Of a stretch of DNA of 49,864 nt, positions 26,090 through 35,020 are shown in pieces. The DNA lies in the IMG/VR virus record IMGVR_UViG_3300037420_001924, positions 1 to 49,864 of that record; one strand, given 5' to 3'. The position numbers and the translations under genes were made by a program. This DNA comes from a virus. Lineage: Duplodnaviria; Caudoviricetes. The notes under the pieces were generated by a model. The model was not told the DNA's origin. It worked only from the letters and a program-made list of their open reading frames with translations, and made no database searches. Numbering within the stretch: the first letter of the stretch is position 1; the number at the start of each line of letters is the position of its first letter.

Positions 26090-26803
26090 GTGGCCTCAGG
26101 GGCCACGGTAGTTTTGGTTGACGCGTCCTGTTTCCACAGGAGGCTTTTAAAAACGAATTAGCTCTTTCTCATAAATGATGGTTTTGGTTTACCGGGTGGG
26201 TTTCCACTCACCCGTTTTTTAAACCCTTACCAGTGAAAACGAATTGTTGAAAAACCAAAGGTCACCATCCTTAACCCCCTTGGAAATTATTGGACGTATG
26301 AATCATTGATAATAGGAGATGGATTAAAGACGGTTTTTCATAGGGTAAATAGCAACGGGGTAGTTATTCATAGCTGGCCCCTTTCATTAAACAATTAGTT
26401 CTTTTCATATAGCATAATGCAATCGTTAGAGACGGCCTGTTGATCGCAGCGGGCCTTTTAAACCGAAGTTCTTTGAATTAAAATAATTGTGTTGATAAAC
26501 AAAGGCGACCATAGCCAAAGGATAGTAGCCTCAATAAAAGTGAGGGTGGTGGATAATGAAACTCGAATCCTTTATCAACACATAATATTCCGCCCATGCA
26601 ACACTCTGAGGCCAACCTGAAAAGGGGAACAATGCGGAGTGGCCACCGCCTCTACTTGAAAGTTCAATTATTGAAAACGGTTTTGGTATAGGCTCTTTAA
26701 TTGAAAGGCAGGGGCGGTTTTAAACTTATTAAATGCGCTTGGTTTAATTCTTAGGCCGAGTCAGGTTTCAACGGGGCTTGTTCTCTACTCGCCCCTCATT
26801 TTT
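26090..26803 (+). ncRNA. Cluster of hairpin units / candidate sRNA array
   Basis: No ORF of 60 aa or more over about 750 bp; at least five GC hairpins with T-rich tails, several preceded by TTTYTCATA or TTTTGGTT, plus larger stem structures. Confidence 0.55.
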
Positions 26804-26840
26804 AAAAACCAGATCTCTTAACCAACTAAATAAATAAATC

Positions 26841-27107
26841 ATGGTACAGTTGAAACAAATTGCCGAAACCGTAAAAGCCATCGTTGGCCATGAGTACCTG
26901 TACTTTGATTCAGCCATACAGGTGAAACTATCTCCGCACTCTCATCCGGTGACTTTGTGGGGTGTATGTGTCTCTCCCTTAGAAAAGGTTTATGTCATGG
27001 ACAGTGACGAGCAGTGGCACGAGGTAAAGGCCCATAAAAAGACCATCATCGCTTCCCTTTTTCAAAGGGTTCAATTAATCGCTTTACATCAATTAAAAAC
27101 CGCTTAA
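26841..27107 (+). CDS. Hypothetical protein
   Basis: ORF track; A-rich start region. Confidence 0.6.
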   Translation: MVQLKQIAETVKAIVGHEYLYFDSAIQVKLSPHSHPVTLWGVCVSPLEKVYVMDSDEQWHEVKAHKKTIIASLFQRVQLIALHQLKTA

Positions 27108-27126
27108 CCTTTTTAAAATTAAGAAT

Positions 27127-27759
27127 ATGGCAATTATTGCATCCAACAACGGCGTAAAAAGGGAACTGATCCCCGCCGGTAATTATGTCGCCCGCTGCTA
27201 TCAGATGATCCACATCGGGACCATTGAAGAAAATTATGCAGGGGAAACCAAGCTACAAAACAAGGTCCGGATCGGTTGGGAGTTGCCCACCGAACTAAAA
27301 GTGTATAGTGAGGAAAAGGGCGAACAGCCCAAAGTGATCGGCAAGGAATACACCCTTTCACTAAACGAAAAATCAAACCTTAGAAAAATGCTGGCTTCCT
27401 GGCGGGGCAAGGACTTTACCGAAGAAGAAGCCAAACGCTTTGATATTACCGTTTTGGTGGGCAAACCCTGTATGCTCAACATCATACACAAGCCTTCCCA
27501 AAAAGACCCCTCCATAGTCTATGAGGAAATCGGCTCGATTTCTCCCATGCCCAAAGGCTTTGCCTGTCCTGATCCCATCACACCGCCTTTTGTGCTGGAC
27601 TATGAAAACTTTGACACGACAATGTTTGAGGCCCTGCCCGACTTCATTCGAGATAAGATAAAGAAAAGCCAGGAGTACCAAAACATGATGCACCCAGCCG
27701 AATCCACCATTGGCGGCAAAAGCCTTGCAGAAGACTCGGAAGATGATCTGCCCTTTTAA
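27127..27759 (+). CDS. Putative phage ssDNA-binding/replication protein
   Basis: IPAGNYVARC...YTLSLNEKSNLRKML.SWRG...LVGKPC; acidic tail ending DDLPF. Confidence 0.7.
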   Translation: MAIIASNNGVKRELIPAGNYVARCYQMIHIGTIEENYAGETKLQNKVRIGWELPTELKVYSEEKGEQPKVIGKEYTLSLNEKSNLRKMLASWRGKDFTEEEAKRFDITVLVGKPCMLNIIHKPSQKDPSIVYEEIGSISPMPKGFACPDPITPPFVLDYENFDTTMFEALPDFIRDKIKKSQEYQNMMHPAESTIGGKSLAEDSEDDLPF

Positions 27760-28136
27760 TGGAAAAGAAGTTTGTACCCTTTTACCGCCCTGTAGGATTG
27801 GACCAAAGGATTCATTTCGGAAAGCACAAAGGAGAAACAATAAAGAGGATTTGTGAAATAGACTGTGCTTGGATTGGCTGGGCCATTGAAAACATTGATC
27901 TACAGTTAGACACATGGGCCTTTGAGTATTACAGGCAGTGTTGCGAAACGGAGTTTGAAAACCGATACGGAATTAAAAAACCGGAAATCTCAAAAGGGCA
28001 AATGGAAAAAGTAATGGAACGAATTGAGGCGGGAGAAGCAGACATAATGGATAAAGTGCGTGACCATTTTACCCTGACCCAGGAACAGGAAAAATATTTA
28101 ACCCTATTTATTCAAACTAAACATTTAAGACAGTGA
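27759..28136 (+). CDS. Protein with FGKHKG (DUF3820/ExoX C-terminal-like) domain
   Basis: IHFGKHKGETI...WIGW. Confidence 0.6.
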   Translation: MEKKFVPFYRPVGLDQRIHFGKHKGETIKRICEIDCAWIGWAIENIDLQLDTWAFEYYRQCCETEFENRYGIKKPEISKGQMEKVMERIEAGEADIMDKVRDHFTLTQEQEKYLTLFIQTKHLRQ

Positions 28137-28621
28137 CCCCAACACAGTTAAGCCTATCCTTCTCCCTGATCCATAGTGATAAGAGTAAACGGGACGCCTT
28201 TGTAACGGACATCCTAAGGGGCATCGATTCAGGGGAAGTAAACCCGCTGGATGCCCACCTATTCCTGAAGTCTTTGGAAGATGTGACCAAGAAAATCTAT
28301 GCCTCCGATTGGTACAAAGCACAGGTACTCACAGAAGCACAGAAATATTCTGCCAAGTCCTTTGAGTACCGCAATGCCAAAGTAGAGATCAAAGAAATGG
28401 GTGGCAACTACAACTACGAGGGCTGCAATGATCCTGAACTGGTGGAACTTCTTAGACAGGAAAAGGAAATCAAAGCCAAGATCAAGGCAAAGGAAGATTT
28501 TCTAAAGTCCTTACCTGCGCAGGGACTCCAAACCCTTGACGGTGAGACAGGCGAAATCTACATGATGTACCCCCCGGTTAAGGAAGGATCAAAAACCACT
28601 ACGGTTATAACACTGAAGTAA
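28133..28621 (+). CDS. Hypothetical recombination-module protein
   Basis: ORF track; coiled coil and DGETGEI..PP motif. Confidence 0.6.
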   Translation: MTPTQLSLSFSLIHSDKSKRDAFVTDILRGIDSGEVNPLDAHLFLKSLEDVTKKIYASDWYKAQVLTEAQKYSAKSFEYRNAKVEIKEMGGNYNYEGCNDPELVELLRQEKEIKAKIKAKEDFLKSLPAQGLQTLDGETGEIYMMYPPVKEGSKTTTVITLK

Positions 28622-28622
28622 G

Positions 28623-29045
28623 ATGAAAGAAGTATTTCTAACTATTAAGGATAAGCGGGTGGTTGAAAAGGTGGATCTGCCCGATGGTAGGTATGCTGCC
28701 AAATGGAGCCGCAAGGACAATCGCAGCAACCAGCAGAACCGCTACCTGCATGGGGTGATGCTGCCGGTGATAAAGGAGGCACTGCTGGGCGCTGGCTGGA
28801 ACATGATTAAGAGTATAGAGGACGCTAAAGACTTTGTAAAAATCAAGTTCTTAAAGTACGATATGGTGAACGAAGAAACCGGCGAAGTCGTGGAGATGTA
28901 TAGAAATACCAGCGCCCTCACCAAAGCACAGTTTTCAGAGCTGGTGCAGGATGTTCAGATATGGCTATTGGAGTTTTTTAATATCAACCTTCCCTTACCG
29001 GGAGAGCAAGCCAGTTTGTTTAACGAAAAAAATAAAGCAGCATGA
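28623..29045 (+). CDS. NinB/Orf-like recombination protein
   Basis: RSNQQNRYLHG...TSALTKAQFSELV. Confidence 0.65.
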   Translation: MKEVFLTIKDKRVVEKVDLPDGRYAAKWSRKDNRSNQQNRYLHGVMLPVIKEALLGAGWNMIKSIEDAKDFVKIKFLKYDMVNEETGEVVEMYRNTSALTKAQFSELVQDVQIWLLEFFNINLPLPGEQASLFNEKNKAA

Positions 29046-29236
29046 CAAAGCAAGAAGCTATAAAATTAATGGAACAGGACAAAAAGGTAGCCCATAGATT
29101 CTTTGAGCCTTACGAGTGGATTACTATGCTGGCAGGAAAAATAGTTACAGAGGAAGGGTATTGTGTATCGGCTAATCAATTCTGGAGCTACAGACAGGAT
29201 AAGTTTTGGGAAGAAGATTGGTCAATTGTTGAATAG
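29042..29236 (+). CDS. Small hypothetical protein
   Basis: MTKQEAI...KKVAHRFF...WEEDWSI; stop codon lies in element copy 4. Confidence 0.65.
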   Translation: MTKQEAIKLMEQDKKVAHRFFEPYEWITMLAGKIVTEEGYCVSANQFWSYRQDKFWEEDWSIVE

Positions 29237-29301
29237 CGATCAGGACGTACAAGTGTGCGACGCAACAAAAGCTTAATAGATACTGAAAAGCTCGGTACCC
29301 A
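29232..29301 (+). repeat. ~70-bp dispersed element, copy 4
   Basis: AATAGCGATCAGGACGTACAAGTGTGCGACGCAACAAAAGCTTAATAGATACTGAAAAGCTCGGTACCCA. Confidence 0.85.
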
Positions 29302-29327
29302 AATAAACACACACAAAATAAAATCTT

Positions 29328-29615
29328 ATGGAACGTCTCTTTAACTCCTCTCAACTACTGGAAGCCTTTACCCTGGCTTTAGCAATCGCTCAGAAGTCGG
29401 GCACCTTAGTGTCCGTAAACCTCCACCGGGGGGAGTTGGAAATCGAAGTCACCACCCAGAGTGAGCATTCTTCTTTTCGGCTCCTATGGAAGGAAGAATA
29501 CCAGGTAAGGAACGAAAGTGAACTTAGGATTCTTCGGGAGTTAAAACAGGAACTGGAGAGTGGGCTGGTTTTGAGTGGTGAAAAGGACGCCTCTTTTTTT
29601 TCTCCACACTGTTAA
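29328..29615 (+). CDS. Hypothetical protein
   Basis: ORF track. Confidence 0.55.
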   Translation: MERLFNSSQLLEAFTLALAIAQKSGTLVSVNLHRGELEIEVTTQSEHSSFRLLWKEEYQVRNESELRILRELKQELESGLVLSGEKDASFFSPHC

Positions 29616-29653
29616 GGAATGACAAATTTTTTATAAAAAATTAGAAAAGCAGC

Positions 29654-30133
29654 ATGAAGCACCAGCTCTGTTCTGTAAAAGGTTGCCCCTACTTCGGTCG
29701 TTACTGCCGCCTTCCTCACGGATCGGAAAAAGAAGAAGTGGTCGAATCCCTACCCGTCCTTTTAAAGAAGGCAGAGTCGGTTTTTAACCTCTTTATCCGA
29801 CTTCGGGATAAGGACAAGGGTTGCATCAGTTGCACCGGCAAAGTGGAAGATGCCGGTCATTACCTGGCTGTAGGCTCTTATTCAGGGGTCAGGTTCGATG
29901 AAGTAAACGTAAACGGCCAGTGCCACCATAATTGCAATACGGGTAAATACGGCAATCCTAAAGCCTACCGGGAGGGACTGGTAAAACGGATCGGGAAAAA
30001 GAAAGTGGAGCAATTGGAGCAGAGAGCCAAACAGACCAAACAGTACAAGTGGACAAGGGGTGAACTGTTGGAAATCATTGAAACGTACACGGTAAAGGTG
30101 AAACAGTTTAAAAAACAAAAGCAATCTGTATGA
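29654..30133 (+). CDS. ninG: NinG/Rap-like endonuclease
   Basis: FNLFIRLRDKDKGCISC...DAGHY...RFDEVNVNGQC..CN. Confidence 0.85.
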   Translation: MKHQLCSVKGCPYFGRYCRLPHGSEKEEVVESLPVLLKKAESVFNLFIRLRDKDKGCISCTGKVEDAGHYLAVGSYSGVRFDEVNVNGQCHHNCNTGKYGNPKAYREGLVKRIGKKKVEQLEQRAKQTKQYKWTRGELLEIIETYTVKVKQFKKQKQSV

Positions 30134-30405
30134 CCCTTCCTCTTTCAGAACCGAAGTATTACTTCTTAGAAGGATTTTACTGGCAGGTAACGGAAAACGG
30201 ACTACTCCAGTTTGATGAAAATTTCTGCAATCCCTGGAAACCGGGAACCAAGATGTACGAGTGGAAAAGAAGGCAGCTATCAGTTATCCGGCCCATTCAC
30301 CACTCTGAAGGGGAATATGTGCTGGACCTGTTGATTAAGTATTTAGAGGGAATTAGAACAAGTCAAAAAGATAATAAACAATTCATGGAGAATCCTGTAC
30401 TATGA
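30130..30405 (+). CDS. Hypothetical protein
   Basis: ATGA-coupled ORF. Confidence 0.55.
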   Translation: MTLPLSEPKYYFLEGFYWQVTENGLLQFDENFCNPWKPGTKMYEWKRRQLSVIRPIHHSEGEYVLDLLIKYLEGIRTSQKDNKQFMENPVL

Positions 30406-31085
30406 AAAAGGACGCTTACTATTTTTCTCACGATGCCAATGCTCAAGATGATCCTAAGATGATGGTTCTTATCGATCAATTAGGTATGGAAGGCTACGGT
30501 ATTTTTTGGGCAATTATTGAAAAACTTAGAAATGAAGCCGAATACCGGCTGCCCTTATCAGTTACTGCATCATTCGCAAGACGTTGGGGAACCAGTAGAG
30601 AAAAGGTAGATACGGTAATCCTCAAGTATGGCCTGTTTATCGTAGAGGATGAATATTTCTTCAGTTTAAGGTTACGCAGAAGTATGATAGAAAAGAGCGA
30701 AAAAGCAAGAGTATCAGCTAATTATAGGTGGCAAAATGCGAACGCATTGCCATCGCATAGCGAACGCAGTCCGAACGGTATGCGAAACGATGCTATTAAA
30801 GTAAAGGAAAGAAAAGGAAAGAAAAGTAATCTAATAGACGATTTGTTTGAGGCCTTTTGGGATAAGTACGCCAATAAGATTGATAAGAACCAAGCACTAA
30901 AGGCATGGAGCAAACTAAGCGAATCTGAAAGGCAAAAAGCTATTGACTACATCCCGATCTATTTTTCCAACCTACAAGAGTGGCAATCTAAAAAATATCC
31001 GGCAACCTATCTAAATGGTAAAAGTTGGGAGGATGGCGCAGAGATGAAAAACAATTTTATACCTATCAAAAAAATGGTTGACTAA
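30402..31085 (+). CDS. Replication initiator (DUF4373/Lin1244-like N-terminus)
   Basis: YFSHDANAQDDPKM..GMEGYGIFWAIIEKL; C-terminal FEAFWDKY..K..A..AW..YPATYLN. Confidence 0.8.
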   Translation: MKKDAYYFSHDANAQDDPKMMVLIDQLGMEGYGIFWAIIEKLRNEAEYRLPLSVTASFARRWGTSREKVDTVILKYGLFIVEDEYFFSLRLRRSMIEKSEKARVSANYRWQNANALPSHSERSPNGMRNDAIKVKERKGKKSNLIDDLFEAFWDKYANKIDKNQALKAWSKLSESERQKAIDYIPIYFSNLQEWQSKKYPATYLNGKSWEDGAEMKNNFIPIKKMVD

Positions 31086-32809
31086 TGAACATCAATTGGG
31101 CAAAATTCGGAATAGACATTTCAAAGGCTGTAGGCGGTAAAATGGTCTGCCCCAAATGCAGCCCTAACCGTAAAAACAAACGGGACCGTTCTCTGTCCGT
31201 TGACCTTAAAACCGGTGCTTACAATTGTCACTACAACGGCTGCGACTTCAGGGGCTACGCCGTGGATGTTCAAAAAGAAAAAAAGCAGTACGTAAAGCCT
31301 GTCCCCCGTTTGGAGAAACTATCCAAAAAATCCATTGACTTTTTTGAAGCAAGGGGTATATCCAATAACACGTTACTAAGACTGAATGTTACCGAATCCA
31401 TAGAACAGATGCCCCAATTTGAAAAGAAAGTGCCTTGCATTTGCTTCAACTATTACCGGTGTGGCGAACTGATAAACATCAAATTCCGGGGGCCGCAAAA
31501 GTCATTTAAGATGGCAAGGGAAGCGGAATTGATTTTTTACAACCTCGATGCGGTAATAGGCGAAGAAGAAATTGTAATTGTAGAGGGAGAAATGGACTGC
31601 CTCACCCTTCATGAATGTGGCATCTACAACGTGGTCAGTGTGCCCAACGGGGCCAGCATGGGCAACCAAAAACTGGAATATCTGGATAATTGCTGGCAGG
31701 TATTTGAACAGGCCAAACGAATTGTGCTGGCCGTGGATAACGATAGTGCCGGTATGGCACTACGGGATGAACTAGCCCGGCGCTTAGGGAAAGACAGATG
31801 CTTTACCGTAGCCTACCCTGAAGATTGTAAAGATGTAAACGACGTTTTAGTGAAGCAAGGCAAAGAAGCGGTAAAAGCCGTATTGGACGGCAAGGTGCAG
31901 TGGCCCCTGGAAGGCATTCTTACAATGGATGAAATGTACGATACTATTTGCAACTGGTACGAACACGGCTACCCCAAAGGGGCAAGGGCAGGTGTGGAAG
32001 GTTTGGACGAACTGTTAACCTTTGTGCCCGGCCAACTCACCACCATAACGGGCATTCCCTCTCACGGTAAGGATGAATTTACCAACTGGATCTTATCGGG
32101 ACTTGCCAAAAATTGCGGGTGGAAGATTGCCGATTGTGGCTTTGAGGAAGAACCCCCGCAAACCGTAACCAAGCTGATTGAAAAGCTAATCGGAAAATCC
32201 TTTGACTTTCGGGTGAACCCTTTGCAACGGGTCTCTATTGAGGAATTTGAACAGGGCGTGTACTTTGTCGATCAACATTTTTATTTCTACAATACCGAAA
32301 CCATTGAAACCGATATTGATTCCCTTTTGGCTATTGCTGAAAGCCTGGTAAAACGCTACGGCATTAAAGCCCTTCGCCTCAACCCCTGGAACTGGATTGA
32401 AGCCAACCGCCCCACAGGGATGAATGAAACGGAATGGGTCAGCGTTGTTTTAAGCAAAGTTATCCGCTTTGCCCGGAAGTTTGGCGTCCATGTGTTTTTG
32501 ATTGCCCACACCACCAAAATGCAAAAGGACAAGCAAACCAAAAAATACGATGTACCCAACCTTTATGATATTTCCGGCTCAGCACACTTCTACAATAAAA
32601 CCCACAACGGCATCAGCGTGTACCGGGATGAGGAAACAGTAGACGTGTACGTACAGAAAGTCAAGCAATCCTGGTTAGGGCAAAAGGGCTTTAGTATGTA
32701 TAAGTACGATACAATGACCCGCCAGTATCAGTTTCTGAATTGTTCTGCCCGTACTGCATCCAAGCTCATTTCGGTAAAAGATATTACGGAACCCAAAAAA
32801 TCAGCGTAA
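31085..32809 (+). CDS. Primase-helicase (Zn finger, TOPRIM, SF4 helicase; T7 gp4/Twinkle-like)
   Basis: CPKC..CH..C; IVEGEMD, SVPNGA, DND, KDVND; helicase motifs GIPSHGK, LIAH, YDISGS. Confidence 0.9.
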   Translation: MNINWAKFGIDISKAVGGKMVCPKCSPNRKNKRDRSLSVDLKTGAYNCHYNGCDFRGYAVDVQKEKKQYVKPVPRLEKLSKKSIDFFEARGISNNTLLRLNVTESIEQMPQFEKKVPCICFNYYRCGELINIKFRGPQKSFKMAREAELIFYNLDAVIGEEEIVIVEGEMDCLTLHECGIYNVVSVPNGASMGNQKLEYLDNCWQVFEQAKRIVLAVDNDSAGMALRDELARRLGKDRCFTVAYPEDCKDVNDVLVKQGKEAVKAVLDGKVQWPLEGILTMDEMYDTICNWYEHGYPKGARAGVEGLDELLTFVPGQLTTITGIPSHGKDEFTNWILSGLAKNCGWKIADCGFEEEPPQTVTKLIEKLIGKSFDFRVNPLQRVSIEEFEQGVYFVDQHFYFYNTETIETDIDSLLAIAESLVKRYGIKALRLNPWNWIEANRPTGMNETEWVSVVLSKVIRFARKFGVHVFLIAHTTKMQKDKQTKKYDVPNLYDISGSAHFYNKTHNGISVYRDEETVDVYVQKVKQSWLGQKGFSMYKYDTMTRQYQFLNCSARTASKLISVKDITEPKKSA

Positions 32810-32811
32810 CC

Positions 32812-33045
32812 ATGCACCTAACCGAAGTATATACCGTGGAGTACAGCGTCCTTCAAAACTGCTACCACATAGACACCCTAGATAAAACCCTGCGAAACAA
32901 CCTAAGTGCCGTGGATAGGGAGTTGAACAACGGCTACTTAATCATCGGCATCTTTAAAAACTATGAAGCTGCCAGTGATTTTGTATCCTGGCACAAGCAA
33001 ACCAATCTAAATTATCGCAGAATCCAAACAATAGAAAAGCTATGA
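32812..33045 (+). CDS. Hypothetical protein
   Basis: ORF track; ATG after the helicase stop preferred. Confidence 0.55.
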   Translation: MHLTEVYTVEYSVLQNCYHIDTLDKTLRNNLSAVDRELNNGYLIIGIFKNYEAASDFVSWHKQTNLNYRRIQTIEKL

Positions 33046-33320
33046 CAATAGAAATCTATTTAAACGGAAAGCTAATCGGGGAGCGGGAGATTCCTTCGTA
33101 CAACCTTCCCAACTGGAAAGAGGACACTTGGGAGCAGAACTGTGAACGCCGGGAGCGGATCATTCAAAAGGAACTCGAATCAATCAAAGAGGGACTAAAG
33201 CCCTTACTTAAAAGCTACCTGTTCAAAGAAACCGTTCATCTGTCCTTTGCCCTTTGCTTTGAATCGAAGATGAACAAGGTGGGTTTTGTAGTACCCGAAG
33301 AACTCAAAAAAGCCAGCTAA
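33042..33320 (+). CDS. Hypothetical protein
   Basis: ATGA-coupled ORF. Confidence 0.55.
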   Translation: MTIEIYLNGKLIGEREIPSYNLPNWKEDTWEQNCERRERIIQKELESIKEGLKPLLKSYLFKETVHLSFALCFESKMNKVGFVVPEELKKAS

Positions 33321-33321
33321 A

Positions 33322-33663
33322 ATGAAACAAGTAATTCAGGGCGTATGCCCCTCCAAATCGAATTGTTATAGGATAGGAGACAAGGGACTTTTTAAAACCC
33401 AAGCCCTAAGTGACTATGAAAAAGCCTTTTACCTACAGTGCAACCACTACCGGAATCGAAACATAACGGGCCTGTTTGAATTGTATTTGGATGTGTACTA
33501 CCCGGCAAACCGGGCGGATTTGGACAATTCACTCAAAGTGACCATGGATTGCTTGCAGCACGTAGGGGCGATCAAAAACGATCGAAACTGCATAAAAATC
33601 GTAGCCCAAAAGTTTGTGAGCCGGTATGAACCACGTATTGAATTTGAGATACGGCCGGTGTAG
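33322..33663 (+). CDS. rusA: RusA-like Holliday junction resolvase
   Basis: PSKSN...DLDNSLKVTMDCLQ..IKNDR. Confidence 0.85.
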   Translation: MKQVIQGVCPSKSNCYRIGDKGLFKTQALSDYEKAFYLQCNHYRNRNITGLFELYLDVYYPANRADLDNSLKVTMDCLQHVGAIKNDRNCIKIVAQKFVSRYEPRIEFEIRPV

Positions 33664-33717
33664 GATGGGTTCTAAACATAGCCTAAAAAGCTATTATAAA
33701 CGAAGAAATGAACAAAA

Positions 33718-34416
33718 ATGACCAATCAAATTCAATATGCACTGCTTAATTGGGTAAAAGGTGGCTATGATGTGGTGGTTCCTAACTTTTTCTATGGCTG
33801 GAATGAGTGTGACCTATTTAGAATCACGCAGTCGGATTTTGTATTTGAGTATGAAATAAAGGTTAGCCGTAGTGATTTTCTTGCCGACTTTAAAAAGTCC
33901 AACCGGCAGGGTAAAAAGCACGATAGCTTAAACACTGGCACCGGCCAATATTGCCCAAATAGGTTTTTTTACGTAGTTCCACAGGGGCTTATAGAAAAGA
34001 GGGAAGTGCCAAAGTATGCAGGTCTTATCTACTTCAAAGGGTATTCGTTTGATGTCATAAAGCCAGCCCCGCTACTTCACAGAAATAAAATTGGATTTGA
34101 GGTGTACCGGGATATATGCAGAACCCTTTCATCCAGATATCAAGAGCAGCGCAAGCGAATCCGACAAATCAGAAATACGGAATTTGATAAGGAGATAGCG
34201 GCTATGAAAAGAGAGGTCGCCAAGTTGGAAACAGCCAGAAGGGAAGCTAATAATGAATCTTTCTTGTTTAAAGCGGCGTCGAGAAAAATGAAAAAGGAAT
34301 TAGATGCGGTTTTAACAGGCGTTATCAATGAAGAAAAAATTAAAGAGTGCTTCAGCTTCTATTGGCGAATAATGAACCAATACGTCGAAGTGTGTGACGG
34401 AAGGGACGCTTCATAG
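33718..34416 (+). CDS. MmcB-like PD-(D/E)XK protein
   Basis: ECD...EYEIKVSRSDFLADFKK...PNRFFYVVP...YAGL; C-terminus read from element copy 5. Confidence 0.7.
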   Translation: MTNQIQYALLNWVKGGYDVVVPNFFYGWNECDLFRITQSDFVFEYEIKVSRSDFLADFKKSNRQGKKHDSLNTGTGQYCPNRFFYVVPQGLIEKREVPKYAGLIYFKGYSFDVIKPAPLLHRNKIGFEVYRDICRTLSSRYQEQRKRIRQIRNTEFDKEIAAMKREVAKLETARREANNESFLFKAASRKMKKELDAVLTGVINEEKIKECFSFYWRIMNQYVEVCDGRDAS

Positions 34417-34439
34417 TAGCACCAAAAGCTGAGTACCCA
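34368..34439 (+). repeat. ~70-bp dispersed element, copy 5
   Basis: ...CGTCGAAGTGTGTGACGGAAGGGACGCTTCATAGTAGCACCAAAAGCTGAGTACCCA. Confidence 0.8.
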
Positions 34440-34458
34440 AAATAATAAAACCAACTAT

Positions 34459-34632
34459 ATGTTTAAAAAGATAGGAATTAAAATTAAAATTAAAATTAAA
34501 ATCCTCTTTTATAGGCGGTTAATATCAGAGTGGGAGCATACTATGTTTATTCAGGGCTGCACCTTCTCTGAGTATCAAAAATGGACACGGTTTTATCAGA
34601 TGAAAATTTACCAACTAAAAACTATCAAATAA
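34459..34632 (+). CDS. 57-aa ORF with IK repeat, absent from the ORF track
   Basis: MFKKIGIKIKIKIKILFYRR...; A-rich start region AAAACCAACTATATG. Confidence 0.45.
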   Translation: MFKKIGIKIKIKIKILFYRRLISEWEHTMFIQGCTFSEYQKWTRFYQMKIYQLKTIK

Positions 34633-34639
34633 GTTAGTT

Positions 34640-35020
34640 ATGACACAGGAAAAGAACATAAAAAATTATATACACCTGTACCCCAAAGTGCCCATTGCTA
34701 TTTGTGAACCAGGCATTGAACCCGTTGGGCATTATTTAGAAGGCTACGATTGGAATTTAGAACAAGCTATAGCCGAAAGAGTTAAATACCCTATAGAATG
34801 GATAAAGCTCATCCTGCGCCCCTTAAGTTCCATAACAGACGATGAGAGAATGGATTGGGAATTAATCGGGTTAAGCTGTCCGAACGCCGATAAATATAAA
34901 ACAGCCATAATGGAAGCAGAAGCAACCTTATTCCTTCTATCAAAGCACTTTGACGTTTTCGGCTTGATTGACGCTGGATTGGCCTTGGATGCCACCACCT
35001 TAAAACAAACTACGTTATGA
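34640..35020 (+). CDS. Hypothetical phage protein
   Basis: KLILRPLSSITDDE...LLSKHFDVFGLI family motif. Confidence 0.65.
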   Translation: MTQEKNIKNYIHLYPKVPIAICEPGIEPVGHYLEGYDWNLEQAIAERVKYPIEWIKLILRPLSSITDDERMDWELIGLSCPNADKYKTAIMEAEATLFLLSKHFDVFGLIDAGLALDATTLKQTTL

